A DNA stretch of 64,000 nt. Source: an uncultured Lentisphaeraceae bacterium. GTDB taxonomy: Bacteria; Verrucomicrobiota; Kiritimatiellia; RFP12; DVOR01. Below are positions 7,133 to 15,938 of this stretch, in pieces. The position numbers and the translations under genes were made by a program. The first letter of the stretch is position 1. Each line of letters begins with the position of its first letter. The notes under the pieces were generated by a model that saw only the letters and a list, made by a program, of their open reading frames with translations, had not been told where the DNA came from and ran no database searches. The DNA is taken from positions 128,365-192,364 of the forward strand of contig CASEMQ010000067.1 in NCBI GenBank assembly GCA_949289005.1, written 5' to 3'.

Positions 7133-9855
7133 GGCTGTGCAACGTGGCTTTCGCGAACCTCAATTCCTTGGCCGGCGCCTGGCGGATCGACTTCGAGGCG
7201 CCGGCGTTCACCGACGGGCTCTTCCTTATCGGCGGCGAGACGGGCGCGGGCAAGACGACCATCCTGGACGCCGTGTCGCTGGCGCTCTATGGGCGCACGG
7301 CACGCCAAGGCACCGTCACGAAGTCCGGCAACGCGATTCTCTCCCGCGGGCATGGCTATGCCTGGGCCGAGGCGGAGTTCGAGACCGCCGAGGGACGTTT
7401 CCGTGCGCGTTGGGAACAGCACCGTGCGCGCAACAAACCGCAGGGCGAGCTGCAAAACGTCGTCGTCTCCCTCTTCGATTGCCGCGCGAACCGCGAACTC
7501 AGCGACCATCGCCGCAAGGATACGCGCCGCCTCATCGAGGCCAAGGTGGGGCTTTCGTTCGACCAGTTCCAGCGCACGATGATGCTCGCGCAGGGGCAAT
7601 TCGACCGCTTCCTCGCGGCCAACGATGCCGATCGCGCCGACATCCTCCGGCAGACCACCGGCACGGAGCGCTTCGCGCAGGTGGGCGAGGCCATCCACCA
7701 ACGCTACACCAACGCGCGAAACGAGGTGGAGCGTCTGAAAACCGAACTGGGGACGCTCACGGCGCTCACCCCGGAAGCGCGCCAAACCATCGCGGACGAA
7801 CTGGACGCCTATCGGGCGCAGGCCAACGCGGCGCGCGCGGCGTCTGAGACGCTGCAGGCGCGTTTGAAGACCTTTGACGAGGCCGCCAAGGCCGACTCCG
7901 ACGCCCAAGCCGACGTGACCCGGCGCGAGGCCGAGGCCAAGACCGCCGAGGCCGCACGCGAAAAGGCCGAAGCCAGACTGAAGGAAAAGGTGACCGGCCG
8001 GAAGGCCATCGCCAAGGTCGCGAAAGAAGCCGAGCCGAAAATCCGCGTGGCCCTGGACTTGGAAGGGCGGCTCTCGCAGGCGAAAACCAAGTGCGAGGCG
8101 CTCGCGAAACATCACGCGGCCACCGTGAAGACCCTCGCCGCCACCCGAACCGCCCTGACGCGGCGCACGCGGGAGATGGAGGAGGCCGAGGCCCTGGCCA
8201 ACGCGCTCCACGCCATGCTGGAAGGGCGCGAGGCGGCTTTCCCGGCATCCGCCGCGGACCTGCGCCGGGAGGCGGCGCGTTTGCGCGACTTGCGCACGGC
8301 GCTTGCCCGCGAGGCGGACACCCTGGGCACGCTCGGCGAACAGGCCACGCAGGCACGCGCGGAGGCGGAGGCGGCCGAAGCGTCCTTCGAGGCGCGGGAG
8401 CCAGACTTGCGCGCGGCCTTGGCGAACGCGGGGTTGGCAGTGGATCTGGCGGTGCGCGTGGCGAGCCTGGAGGAGCACCGCAAGGCGTTGGAGGCCGGCA
8501 AGCCGTGCCCGCTCTGCGGCGCGTTGGAGCACCCCTACGCCATGGGCTCGCATCCGGAAAAGTCGCAGGCCGAACAAGCGCGCGACGCCGCCAAGGAGGC
8601 GCTGGAACGCGCACAGGCCGCGCGCGACAAGGCCGATGCCGCCGCCCGGAAGGCCGAGAAGGCCCTGCGCGACGCGGAGGCCAAGGGGAAACGCCAACGC
8701 GAGGAATGTGCCGCGCTGGAGAAGGGATTCGGCGAGCAAGCCGCCGCCGCGAAGGCCAAAGCCAAGACCAACCGCGAGACGATTGCGGAGACGCGCCAAA
8801 CGCTGGACGAACAGGAAGCGCAGGCAACCGCGGAGGCGGGGTCGCTCGCGCAGGCCGAGGAAACGTGCGAGCGTTTGACGGCGGAACTGAAGGCGATCGG
8901 GCTGCCCATGCCGCCCGAAGCGCTCCGCGATGACCTGCGGCAACGTTGCGACGATGCAGCCAAGGATGTCGCCGCCGCGGAGACGACGTTGGCGGCCGCG
9001 CGGGCGAAGACGGACACGGCGCGGCAGGAGTTCGAGGCGGCCAAGGCGTTTGCCGAGACGGCCCGGGAGAGGCACGAAGCCGCGCGGGAAGCGCTCGGGG
9101 AGCCGCCCGAAACGTTGCGGGGGCGCGAGGCGGAACAGGCGCAAGCGATCCGCGACCTCGACCAGGAGATTGGCCAGCGGCTGGAGAAGTTGACGCGGGA
9201 CGACCAAGACCGCGACCGGCACGCACGGAAGCAAAAGGAACTCGACCGCGCGCGGGCGCTTTGCGACCGTTGGAAGAAACTCAACGACTGGCTCGGCGGC
9301 ATGGACGGCGACAAGTTCAACCGCTACGCGCAGGGCATCACCCTGCGGCAGTTGCTCCGCCATGCCAACCCGCACCTGCTCGCAATGTCGCAGGGGCGTT
9401 ACGCGATGGTGTGGTTGCCCGCCATCAACGCGGACAAAGAGACCACGGAAAAGGACGACGCCAAGGAGTCGCCCCCGCCGCCCTTGGTGCCCACGATCGT
9501 GGACAACGACCAGGCGCGGGCGCTCCGCCCGGTGAGCAATCTCTCGGGCGGCGAACGCTTCCAAGTCTCCTTGGCGCTGGCGTTGGGGCTCTCGGAGATG
9601 TCCGGCGCGAAGGTGCGGGTCGACACACTCTTCCTGGACGAAGGGTTTGGCACGCTCGACAGCAAGACGTTGGAGGCGGCCCTCGACACCTTGACGCGGA
9701 TTCAGCGCGACGGCAAACTCATCGGCATCATCTCGCACGTGGCGGCCTTGGGCGATCGTATCCGCGCGAAAATCCATGTGACCAAGCGCGGCGGCGGCCG
9801 CTCCATGATCGAAGGCCCCGGCGTGACGGCATTGGGGGACAGCGCCAAGACCTGA
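7129..9855 (+). CDS. sbcC: Exonuclease SbcCD subunit C, an SMC/Rad50-like ATPase
   Basis: Walker A GETGAGKTT, a long Ala/Glu/Arg-rich coiled coil, a CPLCG zinc hook, the ABC signature LSGGERFQVSLALALG, and Walker B LFLDEGFGTLD. Confidence 0.85.
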   Translation: MRLCNVAFANLNSLAGAWRIDFEAPAFTDGLFLIGGETGAGKTTILDAVSLALYGRTARQGTVTKSGNAILSRGHGYAWAEAEFETAEGRFRARWEQHRARNKPQGELQNVVVSLFDCRANRELSDHRRKDTRRLIEAKVGLSFDQFQRTMMLAQGQFDRFLAANDADRADILRQTTGTERFAQVGEAIHQRYTNARNEVERLKTELGTLTALTPEARQTIADELDAYRAQANAARAASETLQARLKTFDEAAKADSDAQADVTRREAEAKTAEAAREKAEARLKEKVTGRKAIAKVAKEAEPKIRVALDLEGRLSQAKTKCEALAKHHAATVKTLAATRTALTRRTREMEEAEALANALHAMLEGREAAFPASAADLRREAARLRDLRTALAREADTLGTLGEQATQARAEAEAAEASFEAREPDLRAALANAGLAVDLAVRVASLEEHRKALEAGKPCPLCGALEHPYAMGSHPEKSQAEQARDAAKEALERAQAARDKADAAARKAEKALRDAEAKGKRQREECAALEKGFGEQAAAAKAKAKTNRETIAETRQTLDEQEAQATAEAGSLAQAEETCERLTAELKAIGLPMPPEALRDDLRQRCDDAAKDVAAAETTLAAARAKTDTARQEFEAAKAFAETARERHEAAREALGEPPETLRGREAEQAQAIRDLDQEIGQRLEKLTRDDQDRDRHARKQKELDRARALCDRWKKLNDWLGGMDGDKFNRYAQGITLRQLLRHANPHLLAMSQGRYAMVWLPAINADKETTEKDDAKESPPPPLVPTIVDNDQARALRPVSNLSGGERFQVSLALALGLSEMSGAKVRVDTLFLDEGFGTLDSKTLEAALDTLTRIQRDGKLIGIISHVAALGDRIRAKIHVTKRGGGRSMIEGPGVTALGDSAKT

Positions 9856-9861
9856 CCGAAC

Positions 9862-9910
9862 GCAAAAAGGCGCGGGGCGCCCCCGGAAGGAGGCGCCCCG
9901 CGCCTTTTTC
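9862..9910. terminator. Bidirectional rho-independent terminator between the convergent sbcC and transporter genes
   Basis: aaaaaggcgcggggcgcc / ggcgccccgcgccttttt is a GC-rich stem flanked by A-runs and T-runs. Confidence 0.5.
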
Positions 9911-9937
9911 ATGCCCGCGGCGGAAGGACGCCCGCGC

Positions 9938-11305
9938 TCAGGCAAAGAACTTGACGACAATGCCGGCGATGAAGACGAAGAGGAGGATGGCGGGCAGGAT
10001 ATAAGCCATGTAGAGGCGGAGCGCGTTGGAGAAGCGCAGCCCGCGGCCGGCGTTGGCCTCTTTCAGGAAGTTGTCCCACCCCCAGTAACGGCGGCTGACG
10101 CAGAAGACGAGGATAGCGAGCGAACCGAGCGGAAGGGCGATGTTGGAAACCAGGAAATCCTCCAAGTCCATGATGGAGGTCCCCTCGCCCAAGGGCGTGA
10201 TGCCGGCGAGCAGGTTGAAGCCGAGCGCACAGGGGACGGAGAGCAGGAAGAGGAGCGGCGCGTTGCGCTTGATGGCGCGATGGCGCGTGCACTGCCGGGC
10301 CTCCATCGTCATGGCGATGATGTTCTCGAAGACGGCGATGACGGTGGTGAGCGCCGCCAGCGCCAAGAGCACGAAGAAGGCCGCGCCGATCCACGTGCCG
10401 GCGGGCATCTGCTGGAAGACCTTGGGCAGGGTCATGAAGATGAGCGAGGGGCCTTGGCCGGGGGTGACGCCATAGGCAAAGCACGCCGGGAAGATAATCA
10501 GGCCCGAGAGCAGGGCCACCGTGGTGTCGATGCCGATGATTTTGGCCGACTCGCCGGGCAGCGTATAGCGGCGCGAGGTGTATGAGCCGAAGATGGCCAT
10601 CGAGCCGATGCCCAACGAAAGCGTGAAGAAACTCTGGCCGAGCGCGTCGAAGACGATGTCAAAGAGCGGGCGTTCCTTCAGCGGTTCCAGCGACGGCATA
10701 AGGTAAAAGCGCAACCCGCTTTCCGCGCCCGGGAGCGTCAGCGCATAGACCGCCAAGCCGATCAAAAGCACGAAGAGCGCGGCCATCATCTTCTTGGTGA
10801 TGTCCTCCACGCCCTTCTCCAGCCCCAACGCGCACACGCCAAAGCCGATCAGGCAGACCACCGCCATCCAAAAGAGTTGCGCCGAGGGGTTCCCCACGAA
10901 GGCATCGAAGAAGGCCTTCGGCTCGGAAAAGTCGAACCACCCGCACAGGATGGCCACGGGATAGGCCAGCATCCAGCCCGCCACCGTGGTGTAATACATC
11001 ATCAACAACCAGTTGCCCGCGACCTGCACCCGCGAGATTGCCCGATAGGGCCCCGGCCGCGGCGTGAGCAACGGATAGGCCGTGGCCAGCGACCGCTGCG
11101 CCGCCCGCCCCACCGCAAACTCCGCCACCATCATCGGCAACCCGAACATCAGCAGAAAGACGATGTACATCAGCACGAAGAGCGCACCGCCGCCCTCGCC
11201 GACGATATAGGGGAAACGCCAGACGTTGCCCAGCCCCACGGCGCACCCCGCCGAAACCAAGAGAAATCCCAGGCTCGTCGCCAACGACTCACGCTTCTCG
11301 CTCAT
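9938..11305 (-). CDS. Sodium-dependent transporter of the SNF / neurotransmitter:sodium symporter family. The true start is internal at 11305.
   Basis: MSEKRESLATSLGFLLVSAGCAVGLGNVWRFPY is the hallmark NSS N-terminus, and the protein is predicted polytopic. The upstream 123 codons of the listed ORF are Gly/Arg-rich and overlap sixA. Confidence 0.75.
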   Translation of the reverse strand: MSEKRESLATSLGFLLVSAGCAVGLGNVWRFPYIVGEGGGALFVLMYIVFLLMFGLPMMVAEFAVGRAAQRSLATAYPLLTPRPGPYRAISRVQVAGNWLLMMYYTTVAGWMLAYPVAILCGWFDFSEPKAFFDAFVGNPSAQLFWMAVVCLIGFGVCALGLEKGVEDITKKMMAALFVLLIGLAVYALTLPGAESGLRFYLMPSLEPLKERPLFDIVFDALGQSFFTLSLGIGSMAIFGSYTSRRYTLPGESAKIIGIDTTVALLSGLIIFPACFAYGVTPGQGPSLIFMTLPKVFQQMPAGTWIGAAFFVLLALAALTTVIAVFENIIAMTMEARQCTRHRAIKRNAPLLFLLSVPCALGFNLLAGITPLGEGTSIMDLEDFLVSNIALPLGSLAILVFCVSRRYWGWDNFLKEANAGRGLRFSNALRLYMAYILPAILLFVFIAGIVVKFFA

Positions 11306-11745
11306 GCCAACGTTCCCTTTCGGACCCAAAGCAATTCCCAATCCGCCCCCGCGCCCTCCAACGCCACCGCGTCGCAGGTGCCGAAAACGAGCGGCGCCGC
11401 CGGGCACAACGCCCGCGCCAGTTCGCCGATCGCGCACATATGCCCCACCGCCAAGACGCTCGCCGCGCCGAGCCCCTCCAAGGTTGCCGCCATCCCCGCC
11501 GGCTCGCCGGAGGGCACGAAGTCCCGCGAAACGACCCACTCCGGCGCGCCCGGCAACGCCTCGCAGACGGCGCGCGCCGTCTCCTCCGCCCGCCGATAGC
11601 CACTGGTCACCACCACCTGCGGGCACACCCCGCGCGCCGCCAGGAACGCCCCCAACGCCCGCGCCTGCGCCCACCCTTCCGCCGAGAGGCCCGGATCCGC
11701 CGAGCCGCCCGCGTAATTGCCATGCCGCGCCAAAATCACCTTCAT
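11302..11745 (-). CDS. sixA: Histidine-phosphatase-superfamily protein, SixA-like phosphohistidine phosphatase (about 148 aa)
   Basis: MKVILARHG carries the RHG catalytic motif, followed by SAEGWAQARALGAFLAARG and VVTSGYRRAEETA. Its stop overlaps the transporter start by 4 nt. Confidence 0.6.
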   Translation of the reverse strand: MKVILARHGNYAGGSADPGLSAEGWAQARALGAFLAARGVCPQVVVTSGYRRAEETARAVCEALPGAPEWVVSRDFVPSGEPAGMAATLEGLGAASVLAVGHMCAIGELARALCPAAPLVFGTCDAVALEGAGADWELLWVRKGTLA

Positions 11746-11842
11746 GGCACGCATAATACCATATTCACCCCCTTTCTGCCCCTGCCCAAAGGCCACGGGA
11801 TGTGTTAAACTACGCGCAAACCCACCGAAAGGAACACGTATC

Positions 11843-13306
11843 ATGGGCAAACTGTCATTCGCTTTCGTTTTGGCCTCGTCGCTGACCGCGGCGGCGCAGG
11901 CGGCCATTTCCGGCATCAAGGTGACGCCGACGGGCGTGCCGGCCTTCAAAGGGCGCAAGGACGTGCCCATCGCGCAAGTCACCTTCACCGCCTCGCAGGC
12001 CGCCCAGGCCGAGAAGGTACGCCTGGACATCCGCGGCACCAACCCCTCCGACGTGCTCTGCCTGAGCCTGGGGCAATCGGAGTGCGCGCGCGTGGCCAAC
12101 GACGCGGCAACCTTCACGGTGCCGGTGAAGGCTGGCGAGAACACCTTCCCGCTCTTCGCGCAACTCTCCGACGAGGCCACCGTCAGCGGCTCGCTCTGCA
12201 TCGCGGGCGAACGCATCCGCATCGGCAGCGTGGTGACGCGCCCCGCGCAGGAAATCTCCGACCGCCGCCTGCCCGACGGCCGCCTGCGCGCCTCCAAGAA
12301 CTTCCGCATCCCCGGCATCGTCAAGACCCCGAAGGGCAACCTCGTGGCCGTCTTCGACATCCGCTACAAGCACGCGGGCGACCTCCCGGCCGACATCACG
12401 GTGGGCGCCTCCACCTCCGCCGACGGCGGCAACACCTGGAGCCCCATCGTCACCGCGATGGATTACGCCGGCACCCCCGGCACCAAGCAAGGCATCGGCG
12501 ACCCGGCCATCCTCGTGGACCCCTCCAACAACCGCCTTTGGATCATGGCCATGCGCACGCCCGACTCCGGCCACCCTATCTGGAGTTCCTCCGCCGGCAC
12601 CACCGGCCACGAAACCTGCGCCCAGCTCTACGTCGCCTACTCCGACGACGAGGGCAAGACTTGGTCGAAACCGCGCAACATCACCGCCGAACTCAAGAAC
12701 CCCGGCCACCCCGAGGCCGCCAAATGGGGCATCCTCTTCGACGGGCCCGGCGCCGGCATCGTGCTGAAAAACGGCACACTCGTCTTCCCCGGCCAAGCCT
12801 GGGGCGACAAGGGCAAAGCCCCCCGCCACGGCACGCTCATCTACTCCAAGGACCACGGCAAAACCTGGCAAGTCTCCAACGGCATGCCCTTCGGCGGCTC
12901 CGAGTCCACCGTCGTCCAATTGGCCGATGGCTCCATCCTCCTGAACACCCGCGAGGGCACCCCCGGCCGGCGCACCACCGCCCGCACCACCGACTTGGGC
13001 CAAACCTGGCAAAAGCTCGAGACCTCTCCCTTGATCCAGCCCGGCACCTGCCAGGCCGCGATGGTGCGCGTGGGCAACACCCTCGTCTTCTCCAACCCCA
13101 ACTCCGCCAAAGGCCGCAACACCATGTCGCTCCGCGTCTCGAAAGACAACGGCAAGACTTGGTCCAAGGGGCTCGTCTACGACCCGCGCAACTGCGCGGG
13201 CTACTCCTCGCTCTGCGACTTGGGCGACGGCGCCGTGGGCGTGCTCTACGAAGGCAACTCCGATTATCTCTACTTCCTGCGCGTCCCCGTCAAGGACATC
13301 CCTTGA
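11843..13306 (+). CDS. Exo-alpha-sialidase (GH33) with a signal peptide
   Basis: Signal peptide MGKLSFAFVLASSLTAAAQA. The FRIP motif appears as FRIPGIVKT. There are five Asp-box/BNR repeats: SADGGNTWS, SDDEGKTWS, SKDHGKTWQ, TTDLGQTWQ and SKDNGKTWS. A ribosome-binding site AAAGGAAC lies upstream. Confidence 0.85.
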   Translation: MGKLSFAFVLASSLTAAAQAAISGIKVTPTGVPAFKGRKDVPIAQVTFTASQAAQAEKVRLDIRGTNPSDVLCLSLGQSECARVANDAATFTVPVKAGENTFPLFAQLSDEATVSGSLCIAGERIRIGSVVTRPAQEISDRRLPDGRLRASKNFRIPGIVKTPKGNLVAVFDIRYKHAGDLPADITVGASTSADGGNTWSPIVTAMDYAGTPGTKQGIGDPAILVDPSNNRLWIMAMRTPDSGHPIWSSSAGTTGHETCAQLYVAYSDDEGKTWSKPRNITAELKNPGHPEAAKWGILFDGPGAGIVLKNGTLVFPGQAWGDKGKAPRHGTLIYSKDHGKTWQVSNGMPFGGSESTVVQLADGSILLNTREGTPGRRTTARTTDLGQTWQKLETSPLIQPGTCQAAMVRVGNTLVFSNPNSAKGRNTMSLRVSKDNGKTWSKGLVYDPRNCAGYSSLCDLGDGAVGVLYEGNSDYLYFLRVPVKDIP

Positions 13307-13902
13307 ACCCCGAGACCCCCGCGCGCGACTGCCCCTTCACCGCCCTGGACTTTGAGACGACCGGGGTGGTGCGGGGCTATCGAAGCCTCCCCTGGCAGGT
13401 CGGCGCCATCAGCCTGCGCGGCGGGAAGGTCGCGCCGGACGCCCCGCGCGTGGACACGCTCCTGCGCGTGCCGGCGGGGCACCCTTTCTCGCGCCACGCG
13501 CCGGGCGACCACCGCGCACGGCGCGATGCCATCGCGGCCGCGCCCGAGGCGTTGACCGTCTGGGCCGGGACGCTCCACCCCCTGCTCGCCGCCACCGTCC
13601 CCGTGGCGCACAATATCGCCGCCGAACGCACCACCCTCGCCCGTTTGGCGCCCATGACCGAGTATCCCTTCTGGGTGGACACCCTGCGCCTGGCGCGCCA
13701 GGCCTGGCCCGGGTTGCCCAGCCACGCGCTCGAGGATCTCGCCCCCGCGCTCGGCCTGGGGCCGCGCCTGCGCGCCCTCGCCCCCGGCCGCGCCCCGCAC
13801 GATGCCTTCTACGACGCGGTGGCCTGCGCGCTCCTGCTGGAATATCTCCTTGCGCTCCCGGGGTGGGACGCCCTCACCCTCGCCGACCTCGCCACGCCAT
13901 GA
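13303..13902 (+). CDS. DEDDh 3'-5' exonuclease (DnaQ / Pol III epsilon-like) with a probable TTG start
   Basis: Exo motifs LDFETTG, AHNIAAERTTL and HDAFYDAVA. There is no ATG or GTG upstream of the Exo I motif. A TTG at 13303 is preceded by AAGGA and overlaps the sialidase stop. Confidence 0.55.
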   Translation: MNPETPARDCPFTALDFETTGVVRGYRSLPWQVGAISLRGGKVAPDAPRVDTLLRVPAGHPFSRHAPGDHRARRDAIAAAPEALTVWAGTLHPLLAATVPVAHNIAAERTTLARLAPMTEYPFWVDTLRLARQAWPGLPSHALEDLAPALGLGPRLRALAPGRAPHDAFYDAVACALLLEYLLALPGWDALTLADLATP

Positions 13903-14549
13903 ACGTCCCCGCCCGCCCATTCCTCCGCATAATCGCCGCGACGATCGGCGTCGCCGTCGCCCTCGTTTTTTGCGCCGCCAACACCGCGCCGGCGACGGGC
14001 GCCGTGCCGCCGCCGAACGCCCTGCTTCGCCAGTTGCTCGTGGGGCAGGCCCTCTCCGCGGCGCTCTTTGCGCCGCCCGTGGCGTTCTGGTGCCTCGCCG
14101 AGGGGTGGACGCGCCTGCGCGAACGGTGGTTCGCCTGGCCCAAGGGTTGGGGCGCGCGCCGCGTTTTGGGGCTCTTCGCGCTCGCGTTGGCGGGAAGTTA
14201 CGCCCTGGCCGAGGGAGTCACCGTCGGCGACGAACAGGAGGCGGTCGGGTTGCTGGCCACCCTTCGCCCCGGGCAACTCCTCCTCTTCGCGCCCTTCCTC
14301 TGCGTGCTCACGCCGCTGGCGGAGGAATGTCTCTTTCGCGGGGTGCTGCAAAGCGCCGCCCGCCCCGCGTGGGCGTTGCCGATTTCGGCGATTTGCTTCG
14401 GTCTCGCCCATGGGGCCAACGCCTTCGCCCTGCCGCTGACGTTGCTGGGCTGGGTGCTCGGATGGGTCACGCAAGCCTCGCGCTCCCTGCTCCCGGCCAT
14501 CGTCATCCACGGCCTTTTCAATCTCCTCACCCTGCTCGCGCTCTTCTGA
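13899..14549 (+). CDS. CPBP-family (CAAX / Abi-type) intramembrane metalloprotease
   Basis: Polytopic, with EECLFRG and FGLAHG motifs (the EExxxR and HxxxH sites). Its ATG overlaps the upstream stop in an ATGA junction. Confidence 0.7.
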   Translation: MNVPARPFLRIIAATIGVAVALVFCAANTAPATGAVPPPNALLRQLLVGQALSAALFAPPVAFWCLAEGWTRLRERWFAWPKGWGARRVLGLFALALAGSYALAEGVTVGDEQEAVGLLATLRPGQLLLFAPFLCVLTPLAEECLFRGVLQSAARPAWALPISAICFGLAHGANAFALPLTLLGWVLGWVTQASRSLLPAIVIHGLFNLLTLLALF

Positions 14550-14562
14550 AAGGAACCCGGCC

Positions 14563-15603
14563 ATGACGCACAAACGGCCGTTTGGCCTCACCCGCCCACG
14601 GCGCCTCGCCGCCGCCCTGCTCCTCTGCGCGTTGCCCCTGGCGCTCGGGTGCGCCGCGCGCGCCCTGCCCTTCTCCGAGGAATCCGCCGCTCTCGTCGCC
14701 TACTACGAGCCCCGCCGCGCCGCCGACCAAGCGCACGTGGACGCGCTCGCCGCCGCCCGGGCGGGCGATTTGGCCGCCGTCGAAAGATGGCGCGCGGGCA
14801 TTGCCGAGGCTGCCCCCGCCGTCGAGGATTTCAACGCCGCGCACGCCGGCAAGGTCACCTTGCGCGTCCGGGGTCCCTGGGCCGTCTACGCCCCCGCCGA
14901 AGGTGAGCCGCGCGCCTCCTTCCTCTACCTGCACGGCGGCGGATGGGTCGTCGGCTCCGCGCGCATGAACGAGCCCTTCCTCGCCGCCCTCGCCGAGCGC
15001 GCGCAAATCGCCGTCTGGTCGCTCGATTATCCCCTCGCGCCCGAGTGCCCCTTCCCTGCCGCCCCCGATGCCTGCGTCCAAGCCGTGAAGGAGCTGCGCC
15101 GCCGCTTCCCCGACCGTCCCCTCTTTGTCGGCGGCGATTCCGCGGGCGGCACGTTGGCCCTCGTGGCGGGGCTGGCCGCGCCCAAATCCGTCGATGGCCT
15201 GGTGCTCTACTATCCCGCCCTTGGCCCCGGCGCCGAGCAAACCCCCGAATGGGCCGCCTACCGCGACGTCATCCTCCTCACCGACAACCTCATGAACGCC
15301 TTCACGGCCACCTACGTGGACGACGTCACCTTCCGCACCAACCCGCAGGCATCGCCCAACCTTGCCGACGACGCCTCCCTGCGCGCCCTCCCGCCCATCC
15401 TCACCGTGGCCGCCGACTGCGACCTCTTGGCCGGTCTCTCGCGCCGCTTCCACGCCCGCCTCCAAAAACTCGGCCGCGGTCAGGACGAACGTATCGTCGT
15501 CCCCGGTTCCCTCCACGGCTTTCTCTCCTTCCCCACCCTGCCCCAATCGCAACGGCAGGCGCTCGACCTCACCCTCCGCTGGCTCGATGCCCGCCTCAAG
15601 TGA
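14563..15603 (+). CDS. Alpha/beta-hydrolase esterase/lipase (HSL/Aes-like) lipoprotein
   Basis: Lipobox LALGC, an HGGG oxyanion motif (FLYLHGGGW), and the nucleophile elbow GDSAGG. Confidence 0.75.
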   Translation: MTHKRPFGLTRPRRLAAALLLCALPLALGCAARALPFSEESAALVAYYEPRRAADQAHVDALAAARAGDLAAVERWRAGIAEAAPAVEDFNAAHAGKVTLRVRGPWAVYAPAEGEPRASFLYLHGGGWVVGSARMNEPFLAALAERAQIAVWSLDYPLAPECPFPAAPDACVQAVKELRRRFPDRPLFVGGDSAGGTLALVAGLAAPKSVDGLVLYYPALGPGAEQTPEWAAYRDVILLTDNLMNAFTATYVDDVTFRTNPQASPNLADDASLRALPPILTVAADCDLLAGLSRRFHARLQKLGRGQDERIVVPGSLHGFLSFPTLPQSQRQALDLTLRWLDARLK

Positions 15604-15705
15604 AGACGGCGGCTTCCCTTCGGCCGGTCGCCGTGCCTTGCCGAGACATCGCCTGCCTTGTTGAAAAGTCGCACGGGATTGCCGATGACTTCCCGCCGGC
15701 CCCGT

Positions 15706-15897
15706 TTTGGGTTGCGGCGCGCCTCGGGACGCGAGACGGCGTGTCTCAACCCGAGGTACGGCGCATCCCGAAAAATGACCCCGCTCCCTGATTGAAAAAG
15801 CGGATTTGCACCTCCTCCGCCCCGCTCGCCTTCAACAGGTTTTCAACAGATTTGCAAAAGTTATCGACAGGCGTCTTCCCGGCCGGGAAGGCGCCCG
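15706..15897 (-). repeat. Copy B of the interspersed repeat in reverse orientation. It sits between the convergent esterase and hisA ends.
   Basis: ttcaacaggttttcaacagatttgcaaaagttatcgacagg is the reverse complement of the copy A block. An imperfect palindrome cgcctcgggacgcgagacggcgtgtctcaacccgaggtacggcg is present. Confidence 0.7.
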
Positions 15898-15938
15898 GAA
15901 ATGTCCGCTTGAAGGCGCGGGGACGCGACCGGGCAACG

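Noticed and set aside
6841-9960. 1039-aa minus-strand ORF spanning sbcC
   Set aside because: It is antisense to sbcC, has no recognisable motif and has an extreme Arg/Gly/Leu composition. It is a GC artefact.
12082-13902. 606-aa plus-strand ORF running through the sialidase gene into the exonuclease
   Set aside because: Only the last ~200 codons, from 13303, show exonuclease motifs. The upstream 400 codons are in a different frame from the motif-rich sialidase and are Arg/Pro/His-rich junk. The open frame is a GC effect.
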